A DNA stretch of 64,000 nucleotides from a virus (lineage: Duplodnaviria; Caudoviricetes). The translations under genes and the position numbers were made by a program. Shown piece by piece: positions 9,427-19,679 of this stretch. The DNA lies in IMG/VR virus record IMGVR_UViG_3300042904_000368, positions 804 to 64,803 of that record; one strand, written 5' to 3'. Each line of letters opens with the position of its first letter. The first letter of the stretch is position 1. The notes beneath the pieces are model-generated. The model saw only the letters and a program-made list of their open reading frames with translations, did not search any database and had not been told where the DNA came from.

Positions 9427-9687
9427 ATGAAGACCGAATACGAGGAGTGGTGGGACGCGGACGGTATTCCGCATCGAGCCGAAGTGGTGAGTGACGGGAG
9501 CTATTTGTGCGAGCAATGCGAAGGCGACGTTCCCGCCACGACGGAGTGTCGCTGGTCGGACGGAGAAGAGTCCTGCGGCCTAACCTGGCTCTGCGACGCC
9601 CACTACGAGGCGATGCGTGCGGAGCCACACCACAACCCGCAGGGCGGCTTTGCTGATGAATACGTGAACCTGGGAGCGGCCTTATGA
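9427..9687 (+). CDS. Cys-containing hypothetical protein
   Basis: CEQC...LCDAH. Confidence 0.55.
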   Translation: MKTEYEEWWDADGIPHRAEVVSDGSYLCEQCEGDVPATTECRWSDGEESCGLTWLCDAHYEAMRAEPHHNPQGGFADEYVNLGAAL

Positions 9688-9941
9688 CCCTGAGAGAAGT
9701 CCGCTACAGCATCTCCAATCATCTGGAGGAGATCGCGACCTATTTCAAGCCCGGAATAAAACTCACCATCGTCTGTCGCCACCCAGGATTGCCTGACGGC
9801 GGAGTGGTGATGACTGACGACGACCTGGGGCTTGCCATTGCCGAGATACGCAAGTTGCAGGTAGGTGGAATTACCACGCCACCAGACACCAACCCCGCTC
9901 CCCAGGCCGAGGCGGCGGAGAAAGAAGGAGTGGCAGCGTGA
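9684..9941 (+). CDS. Hypothetical phage protein
   Basis: ATGA-coupled ORF. Confidence 0.6.
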   Translation: MTLREVRYSISNHLEEIATYFKPGIKLTIVCRHPGLPDGGVVMTDDDLGLAIAEIRKLQVGGITTPPDTNPAPQAEAAEKEGVAA

Positions 9942-10225
9942 GTGAGAAGCTGAAGCAGTTCGTGCGACAACCCCAGCGCATTGAAAGTTCATGGACCACG
10001 CTCGGCATAACGCTGATGCGTATGGCGCTTTTCGTCCAGATCATCTCCTTCATTGCCCATCCAGGCCGGAAGGGTCTAGATCCTGCGCTTGTTCCGTGGG
10101 TGCTGTGGCTGATGGGGCTGGGTGCGGTCTGTGCGCTAATCGGCTGGCTCGCAGATCGCAGGCAAGCAAAGCAAAGCAAAGCAAAGCAAATCACCTCCCG
10201 CCCCGGCGGCGGAGAAAGCGGGTGA
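9938..10225 (+). CDS. Two-TM membrane protein
   Basis: Two hydrophobic segments; contains (GCAAA)5. Confidence 0.6.
   Translation: MSEKLKQFVRQPQRIESSWTTLGITLMRMALFVQIISFIAHPGRKGLDPALVPWVLWLMGLGAVCALIGWLADRRQAKQSKAKQITSRPGGGESG
10166..10190 (+). repeat. (GCAAA)5 pentanucleotide tandem repeat
   Basis: Read directly from the sequence. Confidence 0.95.
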
Positions 10226-10235
10226 GGCGTGATGG
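10195..10235 (+). repeat. Gene-junction direct repeat, copy 1
   Basis: CTCCCGCCCCGGCGGCGGAGAAAGCGGGTGAGG(C)GTGATGG, 40/41 identical to 12511-12551. Confidence 0.95.
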
Positions 10236-12548
10236 GCGGGAAATTAATGTACGTAGCAGAAGATGGGAAGTCGCTTACTCTATCCGAAGCTTGCCGCCGA
10301 CTGGGGGTTCCTGTGGACAAAGCCCCGTATGCCTTTGCGGAGCCGATCCTGCCTACCGCTGAAGAATTGATTATGGGCGGGATGCTCAATGAAGGCGAGC
10401 CGCGGATGACACCCGCAATTCGAAACCGTCACTATCGGCTCATGGAGGTTGGATGATGGCCAAGACCCTGATCGTCATCGAGAAAGCAGTCCGCGAAGCC
10501 GGGAAGAAGTTGCCGTTCACTTCACGGAAAAGCCAAAACGAAATCCTTCAATACGCGGCTGATGATCTGGCCGATGCCTACCGCATTGGCGCGGAAGAGG
10601 CGCAGCGCGAGATCGTGGAACGCCTGCGGGAGTTGGCGGAAAAGGAAAAGGCAACCGCTAATGGGTGACATCGAAACGACGCTGGAAATCAACGACTACG
10701 GCAACGATCCAGACGCCAAGGACCTGGCAGGCGCGGATCGACTGGATCAGGTGTTGGTGGAATTCAAGGTCAAAAACAACCACAACGGCACCGTAGCGGG
10801 CGGAATGCTCTGGTTGCGGGAGATCAACGAAGCGCTGCGTGAACACGGTTTCGAGGTGGTGCCCATCGAAATCCCGCCCGCTGAAGAACAACTCGAAGGT
10901 TTTAACTGCCGCGCTGGGTTCGCGGGGATGGGGGATTAGGCAGTGGATACTGCGAAGTGGCTATTTCTAGCAGGGCTGGCGTGCGTGCTGGTGTTTACCC
11001 TGATCGGAATAACTATCCGGCCATTCTCGAACGTCACGGGCGTATCAGTCGCCGTTAAGAAATCCATAGATGCAACGCTCTTGGGCGGGATCATCCTGGC
11101 AGGACTCGGCCTCTCGCTGTGGGCGATGGCTGCGTGGATATGGGTGGCAACTCGCCTGTTTGGCTGGAGATAGCAATGAATATCTGGGAAGGTGTCGCGC
11201 TTCTCGCGGTCGCCAGCCTTACATCCTTCACCCTCTATCTACTCTGGGCGCGGCGGATGAGCCGAACGATCCTGCACGCTCTCGACAACCTGCCCGATCA
11301 AATCATCATTGCGGAGATTGAATACCAATGACACAACAAACGGAAATCTACCCGACCCGCACTAAGCGCGTGCGTCGTTTCCAGGTCGGCAGTAATTATC
11401 TTTCTCGGTTCTTCACCGCCTGCCATCAAGGGGAGCGGCTACGGATCGTCGGTTGGCCGGATGATGCCTGGGTATCGGGCCTGCAGGTCGATGTCTGCAC
11501 AAACTCTCTTGTGCTATACGTCGAAAGCGACACGTTTGAACCCATCGCGGAAGGTGAGCTGATCCCCTCGCATCCGATGCAAATGTCCATTATTCACGGA
11601 GAGGATTGGGACAACGAGCGATGAATCCCAACGTTGCGCGCTGCCCTCTTTGCCGAGGAGAAGGCAGCGACTCCACTAGCACGCCTACGAACCCGGTTAA
11701 GTGCCGACACTGCCACGGGAAGGGGCATGTAGAAGAGCTTCCCAAGGAAGAACGCCTCACTCCACCTGTACCGCGCCAACCCGACACATCCCCTGAACGC
11801 CTGGCAGAAATCCAGGCCGCGCAAGCGATGGTCAGTCCGCACGCCCTCCACCAAACCACCTTCGCTATCATACAAGACCTGCTGGCGATGATTGAAGAAC
11901 TAGAACACTTCCAATACAAGGGAAAGCAATCCAATGGACACAGCGACCGAAGCCCAGATTATCTCGACCGCCCCTAGCCTGCGCCCCTTGGAACGCCTAG
12001 AGCAGGCGGTATGCGGCTACAACCACCTTTACACCGAGTCCGCCGCACTCCATCAGAAACTCTTCCCGGAATACAACGAATACGCGGGCGGGCCAAACTG
12101 GAAAGAGTATCTACCCGATGACGCGGACCCTGCGGATGTGAAGCGGTATGAAGAAATCGAGGAAGTCGTAGACCTGGCTAATGAGGAGTTCTTCGCCGCA
12201 GTTTCCGCTTACACTGCCGCACCAGAGAGCGAGAAGGTAGCAGCGCGGTTAGCAGAGGCTGTACGCACTTGTCCTAGCGTGCGAAATGTGGTTCTGCAAA
12301 ATCAGTGGTACCGGAGATGCCTGGAAGACGCGCAGGCCACTCTCACGGAATTACAGCCATCGGTAATCGGGCAATCGCGGACAGAAGCCGTGCAGTTCCT
12401 TCGTCGCTGGACGGCACACCACCGAGAGCGAGGGGAAGCGGAATTTGCACGCGAGCTGCTCCCGGCCATTGATCTACTCTGCGAAGGCCGAGAGCCCACC
12501 ACGGCTCCCACTCCCGCCCCGGCGGCGGAGAAAGCGGGTGAGGGGTGA
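10229..12548 (+). other. Block of small coupled accessory ORFs (10229-10456, 10453-10668, 10661-10939, 10943-11173, 11176-11331, 11328-11624, 11621-11977, 11934-12548)
   Basis: Overlapping start/stop codons; two are membrane proteins; 11621 carries a DnaJ-like CxxCxGxG pair. Confidence 0.65.
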
Positions 12549-12551
12549 TGG
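12511..12551 (+). repeat. Gene-junction direct repeat, copy 2
   Basis: 40/41 identical to 10195-10235. Confidence 0.95.
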
Positions 12552-12835
12552 CACAGTGGAAGAAGGGTTGCTGCGGCGTTTGCCGCGCTTACGAAGAGAT
12601 GGAGCAAAGCCGGGTGGATCGCTTCAATGCCGAGAACCCCATCGGCACACCCGTTCGTTATTGGCCTGGCGAGCGGCGCGGGGAAGGTGTCCTGTCGCAG
12701 ACGCGAAGCCAGGCGGCTATTCAAAGCGATCACGGTAGCGTGTGGGTGGAAGGAATGGCCGGGAGTGTCGCGCTCACCCACGTTGAGGTTTTGCCCCGCC
12801 AGGCCGGGGAGTTGCCGGAAGGGGAGGATAGGTGA
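12545..12835 (+). CDS. Hypothetical phage protein
   Basis: FNAENPIGTPVRYWPG...TRS...SVWVEG...VALTHV, a pattern I recall from phage hypothetical proteins. Confidence 0.7.
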   Translation: MMAQWKKGCCGVCRAYEEMEQSRVDRFNAENPIGTPVRYWPGERRGEGVLSQTRSQAAIQSDHGSVWVEGMAGSVALTHVEVLPRQAGELPEGEDR

Positions 12836-13119
12836 ACCACCGTGACTTTCTGGGAGTGGTTGTGGCGTCCTTACGCAAGCGGACGCGGGAGAAAGAAGTT
12901 GAAGGTGCTGTTACCGCCGCTGTGGCTGATGGCAACGCGGGTTTCAGCGAAATCCTCAGCCACATTCACTACAACTTCTCTTGGGGCGTAGAAAGCCCGG
13001 AGGTGTGGGCGGCTTTAGAACGACTGGAATTGCGCGGCGTGCTGCAACGAGTGAAGGGCAACCGAGGCAAAACCAAAGTGCAAACGTGGGTGCTTTTCGA
13101 CTGGACCGCCGCCCCCTAG
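12832..13119 (+). CDS. Winged-helix-like protein
   Basis: VWAALERLELRGVLQR. Confidence 0.55.
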   Translation: MNHRDFLGVVVASLRKRTREKEVEGAVTAAVADGNAGFSEILSHIHYNFSWGVESPEVWAALERLELRGVLQRVKGNRGKTKVQTWVLFDWTAAP

Positions 13120-13166
13120 CCCGACCAGCCCTGACCGCCCGCCGAAAGAAGAGGAAGGAGATACCA

Positions 13167-13469
13167 ATGGCCCTGATGATCCGCGTAACGATGCCGGACA
13201 AGAGCGTATGGCAGGTTCCGGCGAGCGTAGTGAGCGAGGATGCCATCGCCTACTACAGCAAGCAAGACGACTTCACCGAAGAGGAAGCAGCGGATTGGCG
13301 CAAGGATACGGGCGAAATTCTCGACTGGGGCAAAAACAACATGAACTGGGAAGATGTTGCCGCCCACGCTACCCGCTTGCCAACTAAGCCCCCTGCCGCT
13401 CCCGATTACCAGGAAGGCTGGGTGAACGGGAAGTGGAAGTTCGTGATGGTCGAGGATGAGGCAACCTAA
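13167..13469 (+). CDS. Hypothetical phage protein
   Basis: AAGGAG RBS; MPDKSVWQVP...DWGKNNMNWEDV...YQEGW. Confidence 0.75.
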   Translation: MALMIRVTMPDKSVWQVPASVVSEDAIAYYSKQDDFTEEEAADWRKDTGEILDWGKNNMNWEDVAAHATRLPTKPPAAPDYQEGWVNGKWKFVMVEDEAT

Positions 13470-14302
13470 TGACAAGCGAAGCAGAACCAACCACCCCCGC
13501 CAGCGCGACCGAGCCGGGAGCGTGCCCTTCTTGTGGTGGCGAACGGCACTATGAGGAGCCGGAAGGCGGCGGAGTAGATACCGTGTGCTCCACCTGCGGG
13601 CGGCGTGGAGCCGGTGACGATCTGAAAGAGTATGTGGTAAGTCCCGCTGCCGAGCCGGGGGAGCCGGAGTGGTTGGTAGCGATGCGGGACCGAGCGAAGG
13701 AACGCCGGTTTGCCCTTGACGACCTGCCGCACCTCACCACGCTCCTGAATGAACACGCCTCCGCCCGCTCTCAGGTGGCGCGGCTGGAAGCAGAGTTGGG
13801 GGAGCAAGGGAGAGCGTTGGCAAGCGTGTGCCTACCCGGCGAGTCCCGCGTAGATTGCATCATTCGCCTCATCCGGGAGCGCGACGAAACGCAAAGGGAG
13901 TGGGAAATTCTGCGAGGCTGGCAGGAGTGTGTTCGTGCCGCCCTGGAAGGCGAAGAGGATGGCGCAGACGCCAACATTTTCGAGACAATCCGCCGCATCG
14001 TTCGAGAGCGAGACATTGCTCATTCGCACATCCGCGCTGCCACCCAACCCCAGTCCGAACCCGCCGAGACGTGCAGCGAGTGCGAACGGCTGTATGGACT
14101 AATGCGTGACTTTGCCAGCGCAGGCCGCGCCCTCGCTGATGCCAAGTATGCGGCAGGTCGTGCGAATGCTGAGTTGAGGGACGCAGAGGCGGCTAGCGGG
14201 CGTGTGGTGACGGCACTCTACGCTGAAGCGGCCCTACATCCGGCAACCGCCACCAACCAGCCGCCAGCCGGGGCGGAGCAGGCGGAGGTGAAAGATGTTT
14301 AA
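13469..14302 (+). CDS. Mosaic hypothetical protein (Zn ribbon plus coiled coils joined by Pro-rich linkers)
   Basis: CPSC...CSTC, CSEC, internal EPG/TQP linkers. Confidence 0.65.
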   Translation: MTSEAEPTTPASATEPGACPSCGGERHYEEPEGGGVDTVCSTCGRRGAGDDLKEYVVSPAAEPGEPEWLVAMRDRAKERRFALDDLPHLTTLLNEHASARSQVARLEAELGEQGRALASVCLPGESRVDCIIRLIRERDETQREWEILRGWQECVRAALEGEEDGADANIFETIRRIVRERDIAHSHIRAATQPQSEPAETCSECERLYGLMRDFASAGRALADAKYAAGRANAELRDAEAASGRVVTALYAEAALHPATATNQPPAGAEQAEVKDV

Positions 14303-17169
14303 GACCACTTTACCGTGCGGCTGTGGGGTGAAGGTGTACGTAAGCGGTGACGTGCTTTCGGATCGGGAAACGTATTGCGAAGAGGGGCAGGTGCTTTGGG
14401 ATGCCTGGCGTGCCGTGGGCGAGAACCCCCCTCAAGACCCCGCACAGATTGAAGAGTGGCGACATCGTAACGCGGCGGCATTCAACGCCTACTGCCAGCA
14501 TTACGAGCAGCACATCGGCAAGATCATCCAGCACGCCACCCAACCGACCCCGCCGCCCGCTGCTGGGCAGGAGAGGGAGCTTGCTGATGACGCTTGAGTA
14601 TGAGCCGGTGGAGTTGGACTGGCAGCGAGTAGCCTTCGTGCGCGAAATGGCGCGGGTGCGAGGCGGCACTCAGATCCGCGCCGAAATCTGGTCACCCACG
14701 GCATCACCTGATATTCACGCTTTTGGCGGTGAACTGGAAGTGTGGGGAGAGGGGTCGGGTTTGGCTCGAAAAACCTTTGTCGGCGGGAGTCTAGAGGATG
14801 TGCGAGGGGCTATCCACGACGCCTGCGGCCAACTTCTTGCCGCCCTTTCCCTGGAGCGGCCTGGGGAGAGGGGGCCGGGGAATGGCTAGGGATACTCGCC
14901 GTTGCGTGCGGTGCGACACGGAAGTTGCCGTGGATGAGATGGAAGAGGGCTACAGCGAAGGCTACTTGGGCGGACGCTGGCATTGCGCGGACACCGCCAC
15001 CTGCGACGCGAGGTATCAGCATCGCCACTTTCCGCGTCGTCCTCCACGCCCTGTTTTGCCATCCACACAGGAGATGACCCCCGATGCTCACTGAACCAAC
15101 CACAGCCGCCAACCCGGCCCCCGCCAGCGAGGGAAAGGAGAAGCTAGAGCAGGCGGTGGGGATTTTGAACCGGGAGCGGCACAGAGGGCGCTGTAATTGG
15201 GGTGTTAACGTCTCGAAAACGGGTCGGGTCAGAGCTACCGCCGCAGCGGACGGATCGAACGGGAAGACGACCCTTGCCATTGACTTCTTCGAAGATGCAG
15301 ATCAGGCTATCGCCATTGCCGAGAAGCTAGACCCCTCTTTCCGCATGGATGCTACCTTGCCTTCACTGGAGTGGGAGCTATACGATGACGGCTTCATCAT
15401 CCGTGTTCCAGAAGAAAGGTTCATTGTCCGCGCCTGGTGCCGAAGGAAACGGGATGAGTGGGAAGGGTCGCTCGCCTTGGGCGTCTACACGCTCTACCGC
15501 CACCGAGGCACGGACATAGAAACTGTCAAAGCCCTAACCACCCGGCGGCTGGGGCTGCTGCTGGCGGCGCTGGGGTGATTTTTGATGAGCGAGCCTGTGG
15601 TAATAACCCCTGAAGAAGCACGGCGGTTGGCGCAATCCTGTCAGCGATGCGGTGGCAGTCGCAAGGTGTGGGATTTATACACCGACCCGAAGAATCCCGT
15701 ACAAGTCGAATGCCTTGTGTGTCGCGATGCCTGGACTATTGCAGAGGGGAAGGGCATGGTAGCCAAAAGCGGCGTCTGGTCGCAGGAGAGGCCCGCTTCT
15801 GCGGGCTGGTACTGGTTCTCGGAGCAGGGCTACCTGCCGCCCAAGGTTGTTAATCTGTTTCAGCATCCGACGTTGGGGCTGTTTTGCGTCCACTTCAGCT
15901 ATCCGGACCATGCCGTTTTACTGACACGTTGCGCCGGCCTGTGGCAGCGTATCGAGGAACCAACCCAACCATGACCCAGGCCCAAGCCCTCGCCTACCTC
16001 TCCCGGCTCCTGGCCCGCCTGCCGCAGGTGCTGGCTCACGTGGGCGAAAACCCAGGCCGGAAGGGGAGTTTTCGCCTGCTCTGGGACAAGCCGCCAACGG
16101 TTGCGGAAGCGCGGATCGCCCATGAAGTACTGCTGGAGTGCGTGAATGAGAACAACCGAACGGGGCGGGCCTGATAGCCCTACCAAACCCTACCGCCTCT
16201 GGCAAATCTCCCCCGATCCCGAACGACCCTGGTGGGCCTGGCGTGTGGTGGGGCGTACTCGCCACGAAGCCCTGGGCGTGGTGGCGGGATATGGAGATGG
16301 CGTGGTGTGGGCAGACCATCGAAGCAACGGAACGCGCTACTCCCTGGCACACCCCGCCATTATCAAGCCGATCCCATCCACCGAACGCGTGGGCCAGTGG
16401 AGCGACGATGAGGGCGAGGAAGACCCAGACAGCGAGACCGGCCGCACCCTCTGGCTAACGGCGAGAGAGTGGGTGTCGCGGTGTCGGGAACGCGGCGAAA
16501 ACCATGTGACCGCGCCGGGCTGAGGAGCGAATGATGTTTAACCAGATCCCCTCTCCCCGACTGGCCCTCTGGCGGCTCTGGTGGTGGCTGGTGGGAAAGA
16601 AACCGCCCTGGTGCGTGACGCCGGAAGAACGGGCGGTGATTGTGACGCCCGACCGGCTACACCCAGCTATCCAGCGATTTGCCGCGAGTGAGCGCACTGG
16701 GCGCAATCCTAACCACCACTCACCAGCACCCCCTGCCTAGCCTGCGGGAGAGGGCCGTGAGCGCCAGCAGCCACGCTTGCCTATACAACCAATGCATCCA
16801 CAGAAACCACCCCCCTACCCCGACGAAGGCCCCGATGGAGAATCAAGGCCCCAACCCGCCGCTCTCCCCGACCCCTCGCTAGAACAAGCCGAGGTCGCAA
16901 TCCGCCAGTTCGCGCGGGACATGATGCTGGGCAGGGAGTTGACCGTAGAGAGGGCGGAGGCCCTAGATTCCCGCTCCCTCTTCGCCTACCGCCTGCAATT
17001 CCTGGCTCACTTCTGCGTGGTCGGCATTCCTGGATTGCCGTTGTGGGCGTTGCGCGAGAGCCAGGGGTCGGACCTGGACCCCTGGGATTATCCACCCCTT
17101 ACGGTTGACGGGGAAACGATGAGCTGGTTTCTCGCCACCGCCCGCACGAGGATGCTGCTGGCGGGGTGA
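14295..17169 (+). other. Block of small coupled accessory ORFs (14295-14597, 14587-14889, 14882-15094, 15084-15578, 15585-15974, 15971-16174, 16146-16523, 16531-16740, 16792-17169)
   Basis: Overlapping starts/stops with RBS; several CxxC proteins. Confidence 0.65.
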
Positions 17170-17204
17170 GGGTGGTTAACGTGTCGGCTCTGCCCGCCGC
17201 CCGC

Positions 17205-17561
17205 CTACAGCCCCGGCATCCCATTCCCGCCGAGGAGTTGGCGTTTCCGTAGCAACCATTCGCCGGTCGTGAGGGGTTGGCGGCGCTTACCGGTGCCTGC
17301 GTCGAAGGGTCCGTCCCAGGAATCCGGTGGCGTTAGCTCGCCGGGCACCCAATCGACCTCTCCCTCTGGCTCTGGGTGGTGCAGCCGCTCCTCTACGAGG
17401 TTGTTGACGGCTCCCTCTTTCCGAAAGAACTCCCAGGTCAGGGATTCGCCATCCCGGAAAAGGCCTGAGCGGTACCAGCGGGAGCCATCTGAGCCGGTGG
17501 CGAAGCGGGGAGCGGAGAGCGCAGGCTGTGGCTGGTGGTCGAAGGCTTCTTGGCGGGTCAT
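17205..17561 (-). CDS. Hypothetical protein
   Basis: Protein-like ORF converging on the rightward operon. Confidence 0.5.
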   Translation of the reverse strand: MTRQEAFDHQPQPALSAPRFATGSDGSRWYRSGLFRDGESLTWEFFRKEGAVNNLVEERLHHPEPEGEVDWVPGELTPPDSWDGPFDAGTGKRRQPLTTGEWLLRKRQLLGGNGMPGL

Positions 17562-17651
17562 GGTAGGGGATACGGTTGGTGAGGCTTGCCCGCGCAGGCC
17601 AATCGCTGGCCTTGGTGCTTGGGTCGCAGGCGGGGTAGGGTGATGGATGCG

Positions 17652-17693
17652 ATAAGGGGCCTGTTATCGACGTACTGATAACAGGCCCCTTAT
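17652..17693. repeat. Perfect 17-bp inverted repeat with 8-bp spacer; candidate tyrosine-recombinase (lox-like) site
   Basis: ATAAGGGGCCTGTTATC-GACGTACT-GATAACAGGCCCCTTAT. Confidence 0.75.
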
Positions 17694-18116
17694 TTGAACC
17701 TCGGACGGGTAGGCGTCCGATGGTCCCCGCGTTTTGCTTTGCCGCGATACCACACCTCTTCGCAGAGGCTATGACTCACTTCGCTCCTACCAGCCGGGGG
17801 AGCTGTGGTTAACCCCGCATTTGGGGTGTTTCCCGGTCCCTCAAAAAGTTGGTCAAGGGCGGCCTCCTTTCGTTGGGCGTCGAACGGAAATCCCGAACGG
17901 CGAGTTATTCAACGGAGAAAGCGTCCAGTGGTTACTCTGTCTTCTGGAAAAACTCGTCATCCTCGCAGGCTGGGCGTAAGGACGGGATGCAGGGCAGATT
18001 GAGGGGATTTAAGGACTGGGGAAGGATTTACGGCCAACATGTCAAAAAACTGCCCCGCGTGCTGATAATATAGAAACCCGGCAAACTTGCCGGTACTTGC
18101 GCGAAGGAAAACACCT

Positions 18117-18383
18117 GTGGGAAACCAAAGGTATAGCGATTTCCTCTACGCGCGGCCCACGTTCTGGGAAGGCGTCGGACGCGCGATGGATATCGGCGGC
18201 ACGATGTCGCAGTACAACCAGTCTCCAAATGGCGAGGTTGCTGATCGCATCGCCCTTGCAGCCGACTGGCAGGCGGTCGGGCAGGATATGTGGCAAGTGA
18301 TGTCAGATTTTGCCGCTGAGAACGGGCTACCGCAACCGGAGGCGTTCCAGAATGGCGAGGCGTCCGAAACCGCAGGAAAATAA
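18117..18383 (+). CDS. Hypothetical protein coupled to the DUF2335 gene
   Basis: FLYARPTFWEGVGRAMDIGG...ADRIALAADWQAVGQD. Confidence 0.7.
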   Translation: MGNQRYSDFLYARPTFWEGVGRAMDIGGTMSQYNQSPNGEVADRIALAADWQAVGQDMWQVMSDFAAENGLPQPEAFQNGEASETAGK

Positions 18384-18873
18384 CGAGCCGGAACCGGCGC
18401 CGCCCGGTCCTCTCGCGCCTGCCAGCGGGAACATCTCCCGCCAAAGAGTAAACCCGCCCGCTCCACAGCAGAGCCAGATTTCCGTGGAGCGGTGGGAGTA
18501 CCAAAGCCCGCTCCCACCACCGAATATCATGGCGGCCTACGAGCATCTCCTGCCTGGTGCTACTGAACGCCTTCTTGCTCGCGTCGAGAAACAATCCGAG
18601 CATCGGATGCATCTTGAAAAGACGCACCTAGAAGGCGACGTGTGGGCGAGAAAAGCTGGCGTCTTTGCCGCCACGATCCTTTGCGCCCTCGCCATCATCG
18701 GCTCCGTCGTAGTCTCCTACATCGGCAAGCAGTGGCAACCGTTAGGCTTTGGCGGTCTAGCTCTGCTTATTCCGGCTTTCCTTCACGTCTGGAGCCGCAA
18801 AGACCAGCGAGCAGAACGCGAAGACAAAACCGAGACCATGCGGCAGATTGCCGAGGGCGAGCTACGACGCTAA
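18352..18873 (+). CDS. DUF2335-family membrane protein
   Basis: SPLPPP..MAAYE..LPGATERLL...EKQSEHRMHLE plus two TM segments. Confidence 0.85.
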   Translation: MARRPKPQENNEPEPAPPGPLAPASGNISRQRVNPPAPQQSQISVERWEYQSPLPPPNIMAAYEHLLPGATERLLARVEKQSEHRMHLEKTHLEGDVWARKAGVFAATILCALAIIGSVVVSYIGKQWQPLGFGGLALLIPAFLHVWSRKDQRAEREDKTETMRQIAEGELRR

Positions 18874-18911
18874 CTAACTCGCCCGCCGCGTCGGTGGCTG
18901 GGGGTGGGTCG

Positions 18912-19136
18912 CTAGTCGTACCGTAGCCCACCGCTCCAGCAGAGGCAGCCCTCCGTCCGACAGTGGACATAGAGCCGCCTGCCGCTCTGGCTGACGTGGT
19001 AGTGAGCCTCTCCGCCACACTGGGCGCAGGGAATGACGCCCTCGGCTCCTGGCTCCCCTCCGCTGCGCTCCTTCGCCTCGCGGTGCATCTCGCGCGCCTT
19101 GTCGATGGTCGCCCGGTCTTCTACGTTCGCAGTCAT
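18912..19136 (-). CDS. Small Zn-ribbon protein
   Basis: CAQCGG...HCRTEGC. Confidence 0.6.
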   Translation of the reverse strand: MTANVEDRATIDKAREMHREAKERSGGEPGAEGVIPCAQCGGEAHYHVSQSGRRLYVHCRTEGCLCWSGGLRYD

Positions 19137-19624
19137 CCCTCACCTGCTTTCACGCTGGCCGCATCCTTCCCAAGATACCCAGCGTTGTCCAGGTCCAGTA
19201 TCAGGGCTTGCGCGTCCCGGCCCGCCTTAATCTGCGCGAACAAGGCGTCGCGCATCAGGCGGTTCCCCTCTCGCAGCCGTCTGTTCTCTGTTTGCAGTTC
19301 CGCCAGTTGCGACTCTCGCGCCTCGACCCGCTTTTGAACCTCGGCATCTTCCAGGCCTGCCAGGCGGGCAGCTATCACGATTTCGCCCAGCAGGTCACTG
19401 AACCCCGCCAACCGCATCGCCTCGGTGATGTTCTCATTCAAGCCAAGGGCAAACTGCGCCACCTGCTCAACGCTGGGTTTCCCGCCCTGAGTCCAGGTCA
19501 AGACGGTAACGTGGTCAATGCCGGTGCGGACACGTTGGCCACGGAAGCTCAAACCATGTCTCTGAAGGACTTCCTTGACCCACTCCCCGAAAGGGTTCGG
19601 CCTGATCGGCGCTAGCTCTCCCAT
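19133..19624 (-). CDS. XRE-family HTH protein with C-terminal coiled coil
   Basis: FGEWVKEVL..HGLSFR....TGIDHVTV..W..G.KPS. Confidence 0.7.
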   Translation of the reverse strand: MGELAPIRPNPFGEWVKEVLQRHGLSFRGQRVRTGIDHVTVLTWTQGGKPSVEQVAQFALGLNENITEAMRLAGFSDLLGEIVIAARLAGLEDAEVQKRVEARESQLAELQTENRRLREGNRLMRDALFAQIKAGRDAQALILDLDNAGYLGKDAASVKAGEG

Positions 19625-19679
19625 GCCCCACCGCCTTTCTGAACACAGAATTGTCTCTTCTGCCTGCACGTGACGGCGC

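Noticed and set aside
1050-17169. Integron-like cassette array served by the tyrosine recombinase
   Set aside because: ORFs overlap with no room for attC hairpins, no GTTRRRY/RYYYAAC pattern was seen at junctions, and the recombinase shows no obvious IntI insertion.
17694-18050. Several small hairpins and short ORFs after the lox-like site
   Set aside because: The stems are short and expected at this GC content; the ORFs lack RBS and protein-like composition.
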